From Candidatus Nomurabacteria bacterium RIFCSPHIGHO2_01_FULL_36_23 (GTDB lineage: Bacteria; Patescibacteriota; Minisyncoccia; Phycocordibacterales; UBA9973), in the NCBI GenBank assembly GCA_001786745.1, contig MFTF01000018.1, positions 23,577 to 87,576 of the forward strand: 64,000 nt of DNA, written 5' to 3'. Positions 60,082-64,000 of the stretch are shown here, piece by piece (position 1 is the first letter of the stretch; each line of letters opens with the position of its first letter). Made by a program: the position numbers and the translations under genes. Below the pieces are notes generated by a model. That model ran no database searches and was not told the origin of the DNA. It saw only the letters and a list, made by a program, of their open reading frames with translations.

Positions 60082-60336
60082 ATGAAAGAAACATTCAGAA
60101 GAATATTAATAGTTGTAGACATTATAATTTCTATTGGATTATTAATAATTCCAATATTTGTAGTATTTAATAGAGGTAACTCAGAAGGTTTTTTTGAAAT
60201 GTTATTTCTGTCTCTTTTGTCCGTAAGTATAATTTATGTATTTTATTCGACGATAGTTTGGATTATACAACCGACACTGAAAAGATTCAATATACAGTTT
60301 GTTCAATTATTTTTTAAATTCTTAAGAAGAGATTAA
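60082..60336 (+). CDS. Small hypothetical 2-TM protein
   Basis: 84 aa, two hydrophobic segments, tightly spaced between neighbours. Confidence 0.55.
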   Translation: MKETFRRILIVVDIIISIGLLIIPIFVVFNRGNSEGFFEMLFLSLLSVSIIYVFYSTIVWIIQPTLKRFNIQFVQLFFKFLRRD

Positions 60337-60337
60337 T

Positions 60338-62242
60338 ATGAAGGTCTCTTTTAATTGGCTTAAGTGGTATATACCTGACGTACCTGAGGCAAATAAGCTC
60401 GCAGATATTTTCACCCATCATGTTGTAGAAGTGGAGAGTGTGGAGAAGAGCGCAGATGACGATAATATTTTCGATATAAATGTTTTACCAAACAGGGCGC
60501 ATGATTTACTTTCTCACCTCGGTATAGCAAAAGAAATTTCTTCGCTTTTAGATATTAAATTTATTGACCCGACGCCCAAATATAAAATTCCAGAATCTCA
60601 ACCGACTAAATTAAAAATAGAAATAGAAAGTGATAAATGTCGTCGATATATGGGAAGAATTGTGCGAAATATAAAAGTTGGTCCTAGTCCAGAATGGGTA
60701 GTCAAACACCTAGAATCAATCGGACAGAGAAGCGTAAATAACATTGTAGATGCAGCAAATATTGTGATGTTTGATTGCGGTCAGCCATGTCATGCGTTTG
60801 ATTTGGATAAAATTAAAGATGACATAATTATTCGTAGTGCAAAGGATGGCGAAGAGATAACTACGCTAGATAATAAGCAGATAAAACTAAAATCTCCCAA
60901 TGTTGTAATTGCTGATAAAAAGAATATCTTAGCTATTGCCGGGATAAAAGGAGGGAAAATTGCGGAAGTAGATAATAATACAAAAAATATCATTATTGAA
61001 GTGGCAAATTTTGATCCGACGAGCATAAGAAAGACTGGTAAAGACATAGGAATTTTTACAGATGCATTAAAAAGATTTGAAAATGATTTATCTCCAAAGC
61101 TTTGTGATTTTGCTATGTTGGAAACTTCTGGTCTTTTAGCTGAATATGGCTTTAATGATTTTGAAGATATTATAGATATTTATCCCCAAAAACAAGCAGA
61201 GCGCCAACTCTCTTTTTCAGCTGAAAGAATATCTAAAATTTTAGGTTTAAATGTTTCTATAAAAGAAATTGAAGATATTTTAAAAAGATATAATTTTGAG
61301 TATAAAAAAAATAATGGTAAATTTAAAATTATTGTGCCATTTATGCGCCTTGATTTAATTATAGAAGAAGATATAGCAGAAGAGGTGGGTAGAATTTTGG
61401 GTTATGATAAAGTAAAACCAAAAATTCCAAAAATCAATTTTAAACCCAAAACTGATGAAACACATGCGAAAATTTCTTGGGTGAGAAATAAATTACTAAC
61501 GGATGGATACTCTGAAGTTATGACTTATGTATTTTGCGAAAAAGGGGAAATGGAAGTAGAAAAGAGTGCAAGCGATAAAAAGTTTTTGAGAACAAATTTG
61601 ACGGATGGGTTGAAAGAAAGCTTGAAATTAACTCAAATAAATGCGTCACTACTTGGCTTAGATGAAGTAAAAATCTTTGAAATTGGAACAGTTTTTCAGA
61701 AAAATGGAGAAGAAATTCATGTTGCGTATAATGAAAAACCTGCCCGCAATGCTTCGCCCGCCAGCAACGCTTCGCGTAGCGATTCGGGCTGGCATAGCGA
61801 TGCAGGCGGGGAAAAAATAAAAGAAATGAGTTTGGAGGATTTTTGTAAATCAGCTGAGCCTGATGCTTTTGTTCAAGATCTCCTACTTCGCAACGGAGAC
61901 CATTCACAAAAGCATTCAGATTCAGCTTTAATTTCTCAAAAGTTTAAAATGTGGTCTCTATTTCCTTTCATTGCGCGCGATATAGCGGTGTGGGTGCCAC
62001 AGGAATTAAAAAGCAGTAAAGTCAAAGAGAACATACAGCAAATTATAAATAAAAATGCAGGGGAATTGCTAATCAGGGGTCCGGAACTTTTTGATGAATT
62101 CAAAAAAGGAGATAAAATTTCATATGCTTTTAGATTAGTTTTTCAGTCTTATAATAGGACTCTTACAGACACAGAAGTAAATGAAATTATGACTAAAATA
62201 ACCAATAAAATCAAGGAGAATAATGATTGGCAAGTGAGGTAA
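60338..62242 (+). CDS. pheT: Phenylalanine--tRNA ligase beta subunit (short)
   Basis: MKVSFNWL, PNRAHDLLSH, GQPCHAFD, EEVGRILGYD, C-terminal FDX-ACB (RTLTDTEVN). Confidence 0.95.
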   Translation: MKVSFNWLKWYIPDVPEANKLADIFTHHVVEVESVEKSADDDNIFDINVLPNRAHDLLSHLGIAKEISSLLDIKFIDPTPKYKIPESQPTKLKIEIESDKCRRYMGRIVRNIKVGPSPEWVVKHLESIGQRSVNNIVDAANIVMFDCGQPCHAFDLDKIKDDIIIRSAKDGEEITTLDNKQIKLKSPNVVIADKKNILAIAGIKGGKIAEVDNNTKNIIIEVANFDPTSIRKTGKDIGIFTDALKRFENDLSPKLCDFAMLETSGLLAEYGFNDFEDIIDIYPQKQAERQLSFSAERISKILGLNVSIKEIEDILKRYNFEYKKNNGKFKIIVPFMRLDLIIEEDIAEEVGRILGYDKVKPKIPKINFKPKTDETHAKISWVRNKLLTDGYSEVMTYVFCEKGEMEVEKSASDKKFLRTNLTDGLKESLKLTQINASLLGLDEVKIFEIGTVFQKNGEEIHVAYNEKPARNASPASNASRSDSGWHSDAGGEKIKEMSLEDFCKSAEPDAFVQDLLLRNGDHSQKHSDSALISQKFKMWSLFPFIARDIAVWVPQELKSSKVKENIQQIINKNAGELLIRGPELFDEFKKGDKISYAFRLVFQSYNRTLTDTEVNEIMTKITNKIKENNDWQVR

Positions 62243-62254
62243 ATTCTGATATAA

Positions 62255-64000
<1,746 letters not shown>

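Overview
AT-rich chromosomal segment that looks like a Patescibacteria/CPR genome (Parcubacteria, possibly Nomurabacteria; inferred from gene content and order). TGA is used as a stop. It holds three type IV pilus/competence loci (3 PilB-like ATPases, 3 PilC, PilT, PilM and N/O/P-like genes, PilD, 11 pilin-like genes, split ComEC, ComF), housekeeping genes (tpiA, pgk, recJ, rnhA, glyA, tmk, dut, argS, ileS, recO, glyQS, metG, tatD, rpsF-ssb-rpsR, ligA, UvrD-nuclease fusion, pheS/pheT, gyrB start) and two tRNA-Ser genes. Main non-obvious signals: (1) three dispersed PaaX/Cas2-like genes, each bracketed by its own pair of 36-bp palindromic direct repeats sharing a TA-N10-GC-N4-GC-N10-TA skeleton; (2) an orphan PemK/MazF-like toxin facing a predicted convergent ~57-nt structured RNA with a near-consensus sigma70 promoter; (3) many GC-rich palindromic elements sitting in frame inside essential genes and prepilin leaders, some with intergenic siblings and one nested in itself; (4) widespread leaderless-type promoters, which expose an unannotated 30-aa membrane peptide. 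All alignments and counts were done by eye; no database searches were run.
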